A DNA stretch of 64,000 nucleotides, from NCBI GenBank assembly GCA_043798985.1, contig JAZDOE010000003.1, forward strand, positions 7,917 through 71,916. Direction: 5' to 3'. A program made the position numbers and the translations under genes. Position 1 is the first letter of the stretch. Every line of letters begins with the position of its first letter. The DNA comes from Candidatus Falkowbacteria bacterium. Its GTDB lineage: Bacteria > Patescibacteriota > Patescibacteriia > UBA11705 > JACRDX01. The notes under the pieces are model-generated. The model searched no databases, was not told the origin of the DNA, and saw only the letters and a list, made by a program, of their open reading frames with translations. Below are positions 39,064 through 48,292 of this stretch, in pieces.

Positions 39064-39735
39064 ATGAAAAAGAAGGTGGAATGGCCGGTGGATGTGTCGC
39101 CATGGTTTGGCGAAGCGCAGAAGGTTGTTGAAGCGGTTTTGCGCGCAGGCGTGCCGATAGATAGCGCGATTCTGGATGACTGGAATGCTGGCACAGATCA
39201 AAACGGAGTAAGGATCAAGGGACCGAGAATTATTTGGGGCTTGGAAGCTTGTCGCATGTCAAGATGCAGTGGGTGCAAGTTGTTTTGCGCTGTTGGTGCA
39301 GACATGCGCAAGACGATGATTCAAAATGATAATGCGCTCCGCCTTCGTCGAACATTGTGCCTCGCGAAGAAAAAACATTTGTCGTTTTTGCCTGTGACAT
39401 GCTGGCAAAAGTACCTGAACTGCAAGACCATTGAGCAATACAACGCCGCGTTCGTGGCGTTTGTCATGGAGCGATGTGACACTGAAGAAAAGATGCATGC
39501 AGAGCTTGCATGGATTCTCGGATTCCGTTTGCTGTATCTGAATGAAGAAGGAATTGGATGGGATTGTGCTACGCTCTTGTCAAAAGAGCAGGAAATGAAG
39601 CGCGAAATCATTGGGCGCGTCATGATGGAACTTGTTTGTCAGGGAGAATCAGCGCGACTCCCTTGGTTGTTCACATACAACTGCCAAAACAAAGATTTTT
39701 GGAAAGCGCTCGCAGATTTGAGTCCGCTCCGCTGA
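39064..39735 (+). CDS. Cys-rich orphan protein
   Basis: GGAGG SD; CRMSRCSGCKLFC. Confidence 0.7.
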   Translation: MKKKVEWPVDVSPWFGEAQKVVEAVLRAGVPIDSAILDDWNAGTDQNGVRIKGPRIIWGLEACRMSRCSGCKLFCAVGADMRKTMIQNDNALRLRRTLCLAKKKHLSFLPVTCWQKYLNCKTIEQYNAAFVAFVMERCDTEEKMHAELAWILGFRLLYLNEEGIGWDCATLLSKEQEMKREIIGRVMMELVCQGESARLPWLFTYNCQNKDFWKALADLSPLR

Positions 39736-39742
39736 TCGTGCG

Positions 39743-39770
39743 ATAGAGACGAGATATATCTCGTCTCTAC
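39743..39770. repeat. GTAG-type REP palindrome
   Basis: ATAGAGACGAGATATATCTCGTCTCTAC. Confidence 0.9.
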
Positions 39771-39775
39771 AAATA

Positions 39776-39806
39776 TCCCTCGCTAAAATTTAGCGGGGCA
39801 TTTTTT
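39776..39806 (+). terminator. Terminator (CGCTAA/TTAGCG family)
   Basis: CCCTCGCTAA-AAT-TTAGCGGGG + T run. Confidence 0.75.
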
Positions 39807-39818
39807 GTTAATTCATAT

Positions 39819-39897
39819 TTGACAAGGGATTTTTTAAATAGTAAGGTGAAGTGTTCAGGGGGGCCTTGACAATTTAATGCAAAAGTGGAGGTGAATT
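39819..39897 (+). promoter_or_regulatory. Promoter + conserved leader + SD of trpS
   Basis: TTGACA-17-TAAGGT, GAAGTGTTCAG..CTTGACAATTT..TGGAGGTG. Confidence 0.8.
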
Positions 39898-40923
39898 ATG
39901 GAACAGAGCGCACAGAAGGCAGTTGTGTTGTCCGGTATCCGGGCAACAGGCAAGATGCACCTTGGAAACTACTTGGGAGCCATTCAGCATTTCGCGAGAC
40001 TTTCGCATGATCCGACGAAAAAGTGTTTCTATTTCATCGCGAATTTGCACACATTGACAACATGGACAAAGCCAGATGATCTTCGGAAGTATCTGGCAGG
40101 CATTGTGCTGGATTTTGTCGCGTGCGGCGTTGATCCGCAGACCGCGACGATTTACGCGCAGTCAAGCGTGCCAGAACTTGGCGAGCTTTGCTGGCTGTTG
40201 AACTGTTTGACTCCGGTTGGAGATTTGCTGGGAATGGGGCATTACAAGGACAAGCAGGAAGCAATGAAAGCGACTGGCGAAATGGTCAGTTCTGGATTGT
40301 TGATCTATCCTGTGCTGATGGCCGCTGACATTCTTGGTCCAAAGGCGAATTTGGTGCCAGTTGGGCAGGATCAGCACGCGCATGTGGAATTGGCGCGCGA
40401 TATCGCGCGCAGATTCAATCGGCTGTATTGCGAAGGATTCTTTCCGATTCCAGATTTGCTGGAAGGGCCGGGTCTTCGCGTGCCCGGGCTTGGCGCGTCT
40501 GGCAAAATGGGCAAGAGCGATGACCAGAGCGGAGTTATCAACTTGGACGATGCTCCGGATGTCGTCACACGCAAATTTTTGGTGGCAGTCACTGACACTG
40601 CGAGACAGCGTCGCAAGGATCCGGGAAATCCGGAGAATTGCAACATTTTCACGTTCCATCATTTGATCAGCACGCCCGACGAAATCGTGTGGGCGCAGAA
40701 TGGCTGTATGAACGCTGGTATCGGTTGTCACGATTGCAAGCTGGTCGTGGCTGGACATGTAAATGATTTGCTCGCTCCGATCCAGCAGAAACGCAAGGAA
40801 CTGGAGCAATTGGGAGAATCGTTTGTGTGGGATTTGCTGGCAGACGGAGGCGCTTTTGCGCGCAATGTCGTTGGCAAAACCGTTGAGATAGTGAAAGAGA
40901 AAATGGGCGTTCCTGCCTATTAG
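39898..40923 (+). CDS. trpS: Tryptophanyl-tRNA synthetase (four-Cys C-terminal type)
   Basis: HLGNY, YPVLMAADIL, VPVGQDQ, KMGKS, C..GC..GIGCxxCK. Confidence 0.96.
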   Translation: MEQSAQKAVVLSGIRATGKMHLGNYLGAIQHFARLSHDPTKKCFYFIANLHTLTTWTKPDDLRKYLAGIVLDFVACGVDPQTATIYAQSSVPELGELCWLLNCLTPVGDLLGMGHYKDKQEAMKATGEMVSSGLLIYPVLMAADILGPKANLVPVGQDQHAHVELARDIARRFNRLYCEGFFPIPDLLEGPGLRVPGLGASGKMGKSDDQSGVINLDDAPDVVTRKFLVAVTDTARQRRKDPGNPENCNIFTFHHLISTPDEIVWAQNGCMNAGIGCHDCKLVVAGHVNDLLAPIQQKRKELEQLGESFVWDLLADGGAFARNVVGKTVEIVKEKMGVPAY

Positions 40924-40956
40924 ATTAACTGACAAGCGGAACAATGGAGGTGTGTC

Positions 40957-42417
40957 ATGAAAAGAGGCGTGGATGATGGATGGCGATGGCCCAAGGCAGG
41001 GTTTGGCAGCGATGAGCTGAAGAAAGTGCTTGAGGAAATTGATAGCATCGGTTCGCTTTACGAACGGGAAAAGCCCCCGATGTGCTATCCGGGTACGAAC
41101 TTGGAATACCTTGCGTTTCATGAAGTGTATAGAGTTGTCGGCAGGTTGCTTGCGAAGCAGATTAATCAGATTGGATGTCACACGCAGGGCAAGTTGAGCG
41201 AGGGCGGTTTTAAGCGGGCGCAGGAGATGGAAAAAGAGGTTATCGGTTGGATTGCTTCTGTCCTTGGCGGAATGCCTGATACGGTTGACGGGTACTTCTG
41301 CGGAGGCGGGACTGAAGCGAACATTCAGGGATTGTGGATTGGTCGCGAATGGGTGCGCAAGGCACATCCGATTTCCAGAGAAGAGCTTGAACTTGGTATC
41401 AAGCCTGGCATTGTCGTGTTTACGACGCCATTGCTTCACTATTCGTTGGTCAAGGCAGTTGAATTGCTTGGCATTGGCCAGCATACGCGCAACAGAGATG
41501 TTGGAACGCAGGAATTCATGTTTGACCCGAGCGGAAGCGGACTTTGCTTTGTTGAAATGGACGACAGAGGACAGATGTCGATGCCCGCGTTGAAAGATGC
41601 GTTTGAGGAGAAGTTTTTGCATGGATACCGACGTTTCATCTTCGCGCCTACGGTCGGCACTTGCTTGATGGGATCCATTGATCCTGTCCCGGAAATCGCA
41701 AGATTCATCGCTGATCGTGAGCGAGATACGGACGCTGGTTTGTACTTGCACATTGACGCGAGCTTCGCGGCATATACGGTGCCGTTCTTGAATCCAGACT
41801 TCAGGTTTGGATTTGACGTTCTGGCAGACCAGCCTGAGCGTTTGAAAGGAATGTCCATGACGGTTGACGCGGACAAAATGGGTGGTCTGCCGTATCCGTC
41901 TGGCGTTTTCCTGTGTAGGAAGGGGCTGATGGATTTTGTGAATCGCCACGCAGACTACGTCAATGGACATCGGGACGATACGGTCTCTGGGTCGCGGTCT
42001 GCGCTTGCGCCGGTCATGGCGTGGTACTTGTATCAAAGGTTCGGCTATGACGGTCACAAGGAATACGTGGCAAACTGCATCAGGCGCAGAGATTACTTGG
42101 TGCAGCTTGTCAAAGTCCAGTTGCCGTGGGTCAAGGTTCTGCCGTGCTCGCCGTTGGTGAATTTCGCGCCCATGGAGATCCCGATTGATCCTGTGAAGGG
42201 AGACATTCCGGAGCAAGTGTTGGGCGGTGAGTTGCTGAAGGATTATGAGTTGCGTTCCGGCAAACTGCCGTTGCGAGCTGATAATCCAAATGGTGAGCAC
42301 AGCACTGTTTATAAGATCTGCGTCATGCCGCATCATTCGCGGGAGCAGTTGGAGCAGTTCGTGAGGGATATTGCCGAGGCGCGCAGGGCAGAGATTGCAA
42401 GGACTCATGTGGTGTAG
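40957..42417 (+). CDS. Group II PLP-dependent amino-acid decarboxylase (MfnA/tyrosine-decarboxylase-like)
   Basis: GGGTEANI, HYS..KA, GT..G.IDP, LHIDAS, VDADKMG, GSRS. Confidence 0.85.
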   Translation: MKRGVDDGWRWPKAGFGSDELKKVLEEIDSIGSLYEREKPPMCYPGTNLEYLAFHEVYRVVGRLLAKQINQIGCHTQGKLSEGGFKRAQEMEKEVIGWIASVLGGMPDTVDGYFCGGGTEANIQGLWIGREWVRKAHPISREELELGIKPGIVVFTTPLLHYSLVKAVELLGIGQHTRNRDVGTQEFMFDPSGSGLCFVEMDDRGQMSMPALKDAFEEKFLHGYRRFIFAPTVGTCLMGSIDPVPEIARFIADRERDTDAGLYLHIDASFAAYTVPFLNPDFRFGFDVLADQPERLKGMSMTVDADKMGGLPYPSGVFLCRKGLMDFVNRHADYVNGHRDDTVSGSRSALAPVMAWYLYQRFGYDGHKEYVANCIRRRDYLVQLVKVQLPWVKVLPCSPLVNFAPMEIPIDPVKGDIPEQVLGGELLKDYELRSGKLPLRADNPNGEHSTVYKICVMPHHSREQLEQFVRDIAEARRAEIARTHVV

Positions 42418-42536
42418 CGCTTGAGTATTCCGTCGTTGTTAAAAACAGCGGCGGATTTTTTGTTTTACAATAATTATCAAGCGTGAGATGATAAAAAAAG
42501 CAAGAGTAGCTGGTAGCTTGTAGATGTAAGAGAAAT

Positions 42537-43566
42537 ATGAAGAAACAAAGTTTCAAATTGGATTTGAACGAGAATGTTGCGGATATTTATTATCCGAGCT
42601 TGTTGAAGTTGCAAAAAAGATTGAGCGATGTTCAATTTTACGCGAGAGCAAATGATGAAATCACAGTAAAACGGGTGATAGCAAAATACAATAAAATTTC
42701 AGCTGAAAATATCGTTTTGACAAACGGTTCGTATCACGCGCTTGAGTTGCTGTCCGGTTTTTTGCTTGACAAAAACGATGAGATGATAATTTTGGCGCCG
42801 ACATTTCCGTTTTACGATAAGTTTGAAAAATATAAAAAGTTTAAAATAAAAAAAGTTTTTTATCGCGCCGCGACGATTGCAATTGATGAAATAATTGGGG
42901 CGATTACTAACAAAACCAAAATTGTTTATATTGCGAATCCGAATAATCCAATCGGTTCAAGTTTGTCGCGGCGCGAGTTGTTAAAACTTATTAAAATTTG
43001 CGAGAAGAAGAAAATTTTCGCATTGATAGATGAAGCATATTGCGAATTTGGAGGAGAATCAGTTGTAGATTTGGTTGATAAATATAAATATTTAATTGTT
43101 TTACGGACATTTTCAAAATTTTTAGGACTTGCGGGCATTAAAGTTGGATATATTGTTGTGAATTCGGCCCGCGCACAAGAATTTGAATTTGTGCGCGGGC
43201 CGTCGTTTGCGATTAGCAAATTTGGATTGATTGTTGCTGAAACAATTTTGCGCAACCCTAAATTAATTAAAAAAATTCAAAAAAGAAATAGATGCGACTA
43301 GAAAAGTTTTTTTTGCGTATTGTTTGAAAAAGAAAATTTTCTTTTATCCTTCTGTAACAAACTTTGTTGTTATTAAGTTGGAACGCATGCAGAAGTTTGT
43401 TGACTTCATGAACAAAAACGGAATCTTAGTTAAGTCGCTGGATAATTATATTGATGATAAAAACAAGGTGTTGAAAAATTGCGTTCGCGTGACGTTGGCG
43501 CCAATGAGCAAAATGAAATATTTTTTTGCGGCGTTTGACAGATTTTTGGCAGATCAAGACATTTGA
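42537..43566 (+). pseudogene. HisC-like class I/II aminotransferase split by a +1 frameshift near 43269-43284
   Basis: LDLNEN, NPNNP.G, DEAY, RTFSK..GLAG in 42537-43301; PSVTNF and RVT in +1 frame to 43566. Confidence 0.8.
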
Positions 43567-43657
43567 CAGCGGGGTCGCTATTTGCTAACTTGTGAAGTTA
43601 GTGTGTATTGGACGTGGCGTCTTTCGTATAACGAACATTGACAACGTGGAGGCTGCC

Positions 43658-44617
43658 ATGAAACAGAATGAAGAAACGACTGATGAAAGAAAAAGCGCTG
43701 TTAAGGCTTATGCGTTGGCAGTTCTTGGAGTAGTATGCGCCGCGCTTGGGCCTGTTCTTTTTCAGCGACTATCAACGGACTTTCCCGCTATCTGGGTGAT
43801 ATTCTGGTTTCTCTTGTCAGGCGGAGGTTTTTCTTTGATCGCCGGCGCGATAATTCTGCGTTTGAAGGGGCAGCGCGGTTTGGGTACGCTCAATGGCAAG
43901 ATAATCGCCATGCTAGCGCTTGTTGGCTTGACATGGACGCTCTACTTTTACCTCTATGTTTTTGCTATTAGTATTAAGGGTGCAACAGAGGCAAGTGTTT
44001 TGACGCGCGTCGGGCCGTTGTTTAATGTGATTTTCGCGGCCGCGATTCTGAAAGAAAAAGTCAAAAGTTGGGCGCGCGTGTTCTTAGCAGCTATAATTTG
44101 TGTTGTTGGTCTATCAGTATCAACTGGCGAGTTCGTTCAAAGCTTGACCGCTGGAGTTTCGCTATGCCTTGTCGTGGGGGTAATGGCAGGCATGTTTGGA
44201 GCATTGAACTACGCGCTATTAACACGGGAAGAGCGGCGCAATCAGGTCGATCCATTGATTGCCGTTGGTATATCAATGTGTTTTGGCGCAGCGATTTTGT
44301 TGATGTGGCTGTTTGTTGGAGAGCACAATAGCAACATTGTCTTTCCAGTAAATAGAGAGCAATGGCTGAGCATTGGTGTCCTTGGCATAGTGACGGTAGC
44401 CATGTGGCGGTATTGTTTCGTCCTTGCCGCAACGGCAAGCAAAATGAGCAAAATCGGCATGGTTGAATATCTGATTCCGATCTTTGTCGCGATCTATGCT
44501 TGGCTGATTAGTAACCAAACAGCAGATTATGCCAGCATGGGGGGCGGGCTCGCGATCATTATCATAGGGCTACTTATAGCAGATGCCAGCGTTGAAAAGA
44601 AAAAAGAATCGAGCTGA
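43658..44617 (+). CDS. EamA/DMT family transporter
   Basis: About 10 TMs, P.F...FAAAILKEK; TTGACA-17-TAACTT promoter and GGAGG SD. Confidence 0.88.
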   Translation: MKQNEETTDERKSAVKAYALAVLGVVCAALGPVLFQRLSTDFPAIWVIFWFLLSGGGFSLIAGAIILRLKGQRGLGTLNGKIIAMLALVGLTWTLYFYLYVFAISIKGATEASVLTRVGPLFNVIFAAAILKEKVKSWARVFLAAIICVVGLSVSTGEFVQSLTAGVSLCLVVGVMAGMFGALNYALLTREERRNQVDPLIAVGISMCFGAAILLMWLFVGEHNSNIVFPVNREQWLSIGVLGIVTVAMWRYCFVLAATASKMSKIGMVEYLIPIFVAIYAWLISNQTADYASMGGGLAIIIIGLLIADASVEKKKESS

Positions 44618-44673
44618 GAGGCAGGATAGTTCTGCTGTCAGGAGGATGTAAACAACATCTTCCTTTTTAATTC

Positions 44674-44701
44674 TTGACATAGATAAAATATTTGCTATAC
44701 T
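44674..44701 (+). promoter_or_regulatory. Sigma70 promoter of leader peptide
   Basis: TTGACA-16-TATACT with extended TG. Confidence 0.75.
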
Positions 44702-44709
44702 AACAATAT

Positions 44710-44772
44710 ATGAACAGTATTGATTGCAGAATGGTTTTGAATTATTGGTGGCACAACAAGACTTCGTCGTAA
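44710..44772 (+). CDS. Putative Trp-sensing leader peptide MNSIDCRMVLNYWWHNKTSS
   Basis: 20 codons, tandem TGG TGG at 44746-44751, directly after promoter, overlaps a terminator stem. Confidence 0.65.
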   Translation: MNSIDCRMVLNYWWHNKTSS

Positions 44773-44830
44773 AGTTCGGATTTATTTTTTGCTCATTTGA
44801 GACTTCCGAATTTTACGAGGAAGTCTTTTT
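44758..44830 (+). terminator. Attenuator-like terminator
   Basis: 23-bp stem 44758-44780 / 44805-44827 followed by Ts. Confidence 0.75.
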
Positions 44831-44948
44831 AAATTTACGTTGACGCTTGCATGTTTTGTAAATTTGTTATAAAGTATGCGGTCGCTAGCGGAAATTGTAC
44901 AGGGTGTCATTTTCGCTATGAACATTGATATTGATAAGGGGGCGTGTC

Positions 44949-45536
44949 ATGAAGATTGAGCGTGGAGTTCCGAGTCAGGCAAAAGCAGTTGAACTGGTTT
45001 CTCGCGGGTTTGTCCAACCCGTTTCACAGGCATTGATCGCCGATACGAGAGACCATTTGCACGCAGGTGATTTTGTGTATTCTGCAACGGCTGATGACCG
45101 GTTGGTAGGTTTTGCGGTTTTCGATGAGCTGCCCAGCAAGCTACTGTTCGTTGCGGGGATCATGATTGATCCTGCCCATCAAGGCGAAAAGGTTGGACGC
45201 CAGATGATTCTGAAAGCAAAGGATCAGGTCAGTGCCGAGTTTCTCGGGCTTCGCACGCAGTCGCCGAGAATGTGGTCTGCTGGGCGCAGCATTTGCGCGG
45301 AGTGGTATCCGAATTTTGACAATGGGGTTTTGCGGTTCAGGCTTCAGGCGCAGGCGGAACTTATCCGCGCGCGACTTGGTCCGAAGTACGAGTACCCTGT
45401 TGTTGAAAGCTGCTACGGCGGCGCGTTGTATGGCGAAAAGCCGACACATCGCGAGCCTAGTGTTCAGTCGTGGTGGGACAGCATCTGCAATTTCGCGCGC
45501 GGAGATGCGGTGTTGTGTATTGGTAAGTTTCGCTGA
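44949..45536 (+). CDS. GNAT-fold acetyltransferase-like protein
   Basis: LVGFA, IMIDPAHQGEKVG motif A. Confidence 0.75.
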   Translation: MKIERGVPSQAKAVELVSRGFVQPVSQALIADTRDHLHAGDFVYSATADDRLVGFAVFDELPSKLLFVAGIMIDPAHQGEKVGRQMILKAKDQVSAEFLGLRTQSPRMWSAGRSICAEWYPNFDNGVLRFRLQAQAELIRARLGPKYEYPVVESCYGGALYGEKPTHREPSVQSWWDSICNFARGDAVLCIGKFR

Positions 45537-45595
45537 TACAATGGGGGTAGGTGCAAAGCATCTGCCCTCGATTTTTTAAAAATAGTTTTTAAAAT

Positions 45596-46744
45596 ATGAT
45601 TAATAAACAACGTTTGATTAAATTGTTTTGTGAATTAGTGAAAATAAAAAGTCCAACCGGTAGCGAAGAACAAATCAGCCGACGAGTTATTTTTTACTTG
45701 AAAAAGTTCGGCGCAAAAGTTCAGCGAGATAAATTCGGCAATATTGTTGCGAAGTTGGTTGGAACTGGCAAGCCGTTAATTCTGTGCGCACATTTGGATA
45801 CTGTCGCTGTGGGCGCTGGAAAAAATATTAGGCCGATTATTAAAAAAGGAAAAATTTTTAGCGATGGAAAAACAATTCTCGGCGCTGATAATAAAGATTC
45901 GATCGCGGCAATTTTAGAGATGTTGAATGTTATTAAAGAAAATAAAATAAAACATTGCCCCGCCGCAGCGAGGCACCGCGCGCTGGAAATTGTTTTCACG
46001 CGAGAAGAAGAGGCGATTTCTCGCGGCGCGCGGTCATTGGATTTAAGTTTGTTGAAAGGCAAAGAATGTATAATTTCCGATCATTGCAATGAATATGGAA
46101 CAATTGTGACATCTGCTCCGGGCTGCTATAAATTTGAAATCAAAATTTTTGGCAAACGATGTCATGTTAAGGAGCCGGAAAAAGGAATTAACGCTATAAA
46201 AATCGCGGCAGAAATAATCAGAAAAATTCCGCTCGGCAAAGTTGATAATTTTACAAACGCGAATATTGGTTATCAAATCGCTGGATTAGATGGCGTTGTA
46301 AATAAGGCAGGCGCGGTCATTGACCAGTTGTTTAATGAGAATCGCAACACTGTTCCTGATTTGGCGATTCTGTTGGGTGAAGTGCGCGGAGTAAGGTCGG
46401 AAAATTTGCAACGGGCTTTGTTGAAAATTCAAAAAATAGCGGAAAAAATCACTGCGCGATTTTGCGGTCGTATTGAGTTTTGCGCTGACAAATTAACAGA
46501 CGGCTATTGTTTGAAACAAAATAACAAATTGATTTTGCAAATTAAAAATACTTTTAAGAAGCAGGGCATTGAACCGCAGTTTTGCCAAGCGCTCGGCGGA
46601 TCTGACGCGAATATCTTGAATAATCGCGGAATACGATCGGTTGTTATTGCTTCAGCGCACAGAAACAATCACCAAACTTATGAATATTTGATAATCAAAG
46701 ACTTGGAGCGGCTCGCAGAATTTTATTTGTTATTTGTTCAATGA
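45596..46744 (+). CDS. M20 family peptidase (PepT-like)
   Basis: AHLDTV, LGADNK, FTREEE, GGSDAN, HQTYE. Confidence 0.9.
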   Translation: MINKQRLIKLFCELVKIKSPTGSEEQISRRVIFYLKKFGAKVQRDKFGNIVAKLVGTGKPLILCAHLDTVAVGAGKNIRPIIKKGKIFSDGKTILGADNKDSIAAILEMLNVIKENKIKHCPAAARHRALEIVFTREEEAISRGARSLDLSLLKGKECIISDHCNEYGTIVTSAPGCYKFEIKIFGKRCHVKEPEKGINAIKIAAEIIRKIPLGKVDNFTNANIGYQIAGLDGVVNKAGAVIDQLFNENRNTVPDLAILLGEVRGVRSENLQRALLKIQKIAEKITARFCGRIEFCADKLTDGYCLKQNNKLILQIKNTFKKQGIEPQFCQALGGSDANILNNRGIRSVVIASAHRNNHQTYEYLIIKDLERLAEFYLLFVQ

Positions 46745-46776
46745 AAAAAAAGAGGTCAGTTTCGTTGAAACTGACC
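46744..46776 (-). terminator. Terminator downstream of tRNA-Trp
   Basis: GGTCAGTTTC-AAC-GAAACTGACC + T run on minus strand. Confidence 0.8.
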
Positions 46777-46781
46777 GGAAG

Positions 46782-46854
46782 TGCCGGCGACAGGGTTTGA
46801 ACCTGCAACCAACGGTTTTGGAGACCGTCGCTCCGCCATTTGAGCTACGCCGGC
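46782..46854 (-). tRNA. tRNA-Trp(CCA), atypical acceptor stem
   Basis: GCCGGCG..CGCCGGC-A, stem ACGGT/ACCGT, loop CTCCAAA, GGTTCAAACCC. Confidence 0.9.
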
Positions 46855-47104
46855 ACTTCTTCGCCAAAAGATTGCCACAGGGGGTTGGCGTTCCATTCGG
46901 CGAAGAAGCCACAAAGGAGACAGCCATGAACAGTTTGAATTTAGCATAGTTTTAAAATTAAATCAAGAGCAATGGCTGGTTTTTGTGAAAAAACGCGCAA
47001 TTTTGCGCGTTTTTTGGTTTAGGATTTTGTTTATTTTTGGAAGTATGCTAATTTATTTATATGTACCTTAGGTTAAAAAATAACTAAGAAAAGCGGAGGC
47101 GAGC

Positions 47105-47776
47105 ATGGACGCGAAAAAACTGTTTGCCAGGCTTGATGCTGATACATGGTTCTTTGACTTGGACGGAACATTGTATTCAGCAATGAATAAAATCAGCCAA
47201 GTATTTAAGGCAAAATACTTGGAATTGGTGATGGCGGTTTATGGTCTTGATTTGGCAAAAGCCGAGCAAAAACTTATTGAACTTCAGTTCAAACACAAGA
47301 CGCGTTTGATGCGTCCGGCGCTTGTCAGAGACGGCGTGCCAATAGGGATTATTTCAAGCTTTACGGCCTTTAGAATTGACGCGAAAAAGCTTGGAATCGC
47401 GTTGCCACGAAAGCGGCGAGAGAATCTGTTGGCTGCCGTGGGAGAGCGCATTGTGCTGACCAATAGCCCTGAATCTTACGCTTGGCAAATGTTAAGCGCG
47501 CTTGGCGTGGGAGATCTGTTTGCGCAGGTGATTGGCGCGGAAAGCATGGACAATGGCCGTGTTTTCAAACCAGAATGCGGAGCATATAACGCGCTCATCG
47601 TTGCGCTGGGAAATGGACGACGAGTCGTGTTGGTTGATGATGAGGAACCAAATCTGGACGCGGCCGTTGAAATCAGCCACGCGATTGGCAATGTCGCGGT
47701 AAGCAATCTCGTGACAATTCTTGTTGGAAATAAGCCGAAATCATCAACGCATTTGAACATCGCACATTTGGATTAA
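47105..47776 (+). CDS. HAD hydrolase (pyrimidine 5'-nucleotidase-like)
   Basis: FDLDGTLY, LTNS, KP, VDD. Confidence 0.85.
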   Translation: MDAKKLFARLDADTWFFDLDGTLYSAMNKISQVFKAKYLELVMAVYGLDLAKAEQKLIELQFKHKTRLMRPALVRDGVPIGIISSFTAFRIDAKKLGIALPRKRRENLLAAVGERIVLTNSPESYAWQMLSALGVGDLFAQVIGAESMDNGRVFKPECGAYNALIVALGNGRRVVLVDDEEPNLDAAVEISHAIGNVAVSNLVTILVGNKPKSSTHLNIAHLD

Positions 47777-47803
47777 TAGAGACGTATTGCAATGTGTCTC
47801 TAC
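47776..47803. repeat. GTAG-type REP palindrome (variant)
   Basis: ATAGAGACGTATTGCAATGTGTCTCTAC. Confidence 0.75.
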
Positions 47804-47869
47804 CTTTGTGGAGCAGGTTGAATCAACTTTGCTCCATTTTTTTATTTTTCGTGATATAATCGTAATATG

Positions 47870-47969
47870 GCTACGAATTGTGGCTACGAACCTACGAATC
47901 ATTCGAATATTACGAATCTACTAATTAATTAGTAATTGGTAGTATTCGCAGTGATTTGTAATTGGTAGC
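47870..47969. repeat. TACGAAT-type short-period inverted array
   Basis: CTACGAA repeats then TAATTGGTAG repeats. Confidence 0.7.
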
Positions 47970-47974
47970 AGTAT

Positions 47975-48292
47975 ATGAATTTTGATAAAGAACAAATTGA
48001 ACATTTGGCAAAATTGGCGCGGCTTGAAATTACGACAGCCGAAAAAGAAAAGTACGCAGAGCAGATTGCTTCAATTATTGATTATTTTGGAAAGTTGAAC
48101 GCAATTGACATGAAAAATGTTGAGCCATTGGATTTTATTACAGAATTGAAAAATGTTTGGCGCGAAGACGAGGCCGCGCAATTTTTTGATAAAGAAAAAA
48201 CGCTGGCCGCTTGCCCGCGGACGCGGGACGCGGCCAGGGAAGCGCCGGAGTTGAAAGACGACCAAATTGTTGTGCCTAATATATGGATTTGA
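47975..48292 (+). CDS. gatC: Asp/Glu-tRNA amidotransferase subunit C with palindromic insert
   Basis: HLAKLARL, NVWRED; insert AACPRTRDAARE. Confidence 0.9.
   Translation: MNFDKEQIEHLAKLARLEITTAEKEKYAEQIASIIDYFGKLNAIDMKNVEPLDFITELKNVWREDEAAQFFDKEKTLAACPRTRDAAREAPELKDDQIVVPNIWI

Noticed and set aside
40162-42408. 748-aa antisense ORF
   Set aside because: Shadow of trpS and the decarboxylase, which are in the same frame and avoid TTA/CTA/TCA codons; no recognisable motifs
46734-46949. Short ORFs over tRNA genes (also 6551-7039 and 11406-11678)
   Set aside because: They overlap well-formed tRNAs; spurious
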